From an uncultured Bacillota bacterium (lineage in GTDB: Bacteria > Bacillota > Clostridia > Caldicoprobacterales > UBA3941), in NCBI GenBank assembly GCA_938003915.1, contig CALKWV010000050.1, positions 1-58,677 on the forward strand: a stretch of 58,677 nucleotides of DNA, written 5' to 3'. The notes beneath the pieces were generated by a model that did not search any database, was not told the origin of the DNA, and was given only the letters and a program-made list of their open reading frames with translations. A program made the position numbers and the translations under genes. The stretch's first letter is position 1; each line of letters opens with the position of its first letter. This document shows, piece by piece, positions 57,206-58,677 of the stretch.

Positions 57206-58592
57206 ATGAAAACTAAAGACTATTAAATGGATACTATTAGAGTAGCAGTCCCTAGTATTATTGAACATATTGCTAATGTTGTAGTAGGCTTTGTGGATAC
57301 TATTATGGTAGCTAAATTAGGAACAATAGCTACTGCAGCAGTAGGTATTAATTCCACAATTACCTGGTTTCTCATGGCATTTTCTACCTTATTTGCTGTG
57401 GGTACAACTGTGCAGGTAGCTCAGAGTATTGGTGCTAACAATCACCAACGAGCTAAAAGAGCATCTATTAATGGACTATCAGGTGGTTTTATACTATTTG
57501 CCATTATATTTATAGTGATGTATTCTCTGTCTCCCTACATACCCAAATGGCTTGGAGCAGAAAGAGCAATCCTCCCAGACGCTGTTTCTTATTTGAGAAT
57601 TTGGACCCTTGCCATTGTTCCCATGTTCCTAGGCAGGATTGCCTCCAGTATCTTCAGAGGAAGCGGAAACACTAAAGTGCCAATGATAGTTGCTTTTTTT
57701 TACTAATATCTTAAATGTAATAGGGAATTTTCTCCTCATTTATGATACCCGATTTATTGCTATTCCTTTAATAAATACTGAAATCAAAGTCTGGGGGGCC
57801 GGCCTTGGAGTAACTGGCGCTGCCATCTCCACCTCCCTAACCAATGCATTAGGTGGAATAATTATGTTATATTTATTGTTTAATGGATCTCAAATAATAA
57901 AGTTAAACTTGGGGAACTTATTTAAATTTGAAAAAGTGCTCTTAGAGCATATATTTAATACTGGTGCACCTGCTACTGGTCAAGATTTAATTACTAACAT
58001 GGGACAGGTTCTATATCAAAAAATGGTAGCAAGCCTTGGCACAATCCAGGTGGCCGCTCACCATTTGGCAACTACAGCTGAATCTCTATCATATATGCCA
58101 GCATCGGGATTCTCCGTAGCAGCCACTACACTGATAGGCCAATCTTTAGGAGCAGGAAAAAAGCAAGAAGCAGAAAACTTTGGCAGAGTTTGTTTTATAC
58201 TATCACTCTTTGCTGGATTATTCAGTGGACTTATGCTATATATCTTTCCAAGGCAATTAATGTCCTTATTTTCCAAGGATATTGCAGTTATAGAAGAAGG
58301 GGTTGGTGCTCTTAGAATAATTGCCTTTGTCCAGCCACTATTTAATGCTTCCATAGTTCTAACTGGTGTTTTAAGGGGAGCAGGAGAAACAAAAGTTCCA
58401 TTATATGCTTCATTAGGTGGTATGTGGTTTGTTAGACTGATATCAGCTTATATATTTATAAATGTATTAAACTGGGGACTAAAAGGGGTTTGGCTAGGAA
58501 TGCTGCTAGATCTGGCTATGAGATTTGTGATTGTATTTTATAGATATATAAAAAAGGACTGGCTAAATGCAAAAATAATTGTAGACGATTAA
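57206..58592 (+). pseudogene. MATE family efflux transporter, disrupted (in-frame TAA at 57224 and a frameshift in a T8 run near 57693-57700)
   Basis: Two adjacent ORFs (57227-57706 and 57690-58592) together make one MATE protein. The junction reads …GNTKVPMIVAFF|TNILNVIGNFLLIY. The only good SD (GAGGTG, 57187-57192) serves ATG 57206, which runs into a TAA 6 codons later, in frame with ATG 57227. Confidence 0.6.
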
Positions 58593-58677
58593 TCCAAGGC
58601 GGTTTATATAAATACTATTTAATAAAGGTTCTATAATAAATGTTGGGGTGGAAAATAATTTACCCTAACATTTATTT

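Noticed and set aside
1-58677. Search for CRISPR arrays, IS elements or transposases, integrases, prophage or defence-island genes, and rRNA.
   Set aside because: None were recognised. There are no regularly spaced direct repeats and no recombinase-, nuclease- or helicase-type ORFs. The only repeated sequences are the PurBox pairs and the paralogous riboswitch leaders.

Overview
This is a chromosomal core region of a low-GC, spore-forming, Clostridia-like Firmicute. Supporting features are an alpha/beta SASP, a YhcN/YlaJ lipoprotein, SpoIID/LytB, T-box, L-box and THF riboswitches, and an ECF transporter S component. Most genes are on the minus strand. I saw no transposase, integrase, phage gene, CRISPR array or rRNA.

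Main blocks, in order:
- THF riboswitch with folT.
- glpP, a structured leader, then glpK.
- Two dicistronic tRNA loci, in which all four tRNAs carry C34 anticodons.
- A roughly 230-nt promoter-to-terminator structured sRNA with a 6S-like rod shape.
- An orphan HgdC-type activase with two paralogous dehydratase-like subunits and two small Cys-rich ORFs.
- BirA operator with bioY.
- T-box, a small membrane ORF, valS and folC.
- An NMT1-type ABC importer.
- cca, hslO and dapA.
- L-box with asd and a DapB-ACT fusion.
- A complete purC-purL-purE-purF-purM-purN-purH-purD cluster plus a purine permease.

The purine region has the most to follow up:
- It is controlled by PurBox pairs, three guanine-type riboswitches (one inside the operon, directly after purC) and a tandem guanine plus ykkC-subtype-2 (PRPP-like) aptamer upstream of purC.
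- Both glutamine amidotransferases of the pathway appear to have lost their glutaminase catalytic residues while the synthase halves stay intact. PurF has Cys1 replaced by Ser and HNGN replaced by LDGS. The PurL C-terminal domain has GICNGFQ replaced by GIGSGLN and GHSER replaced by SAIDR.
- This suggests ammonia-dependent purine synthesis, or that this is a specialised second copy of the cluster.

All motif comparisons are from memory of the protein and RNA families, not from database searches.
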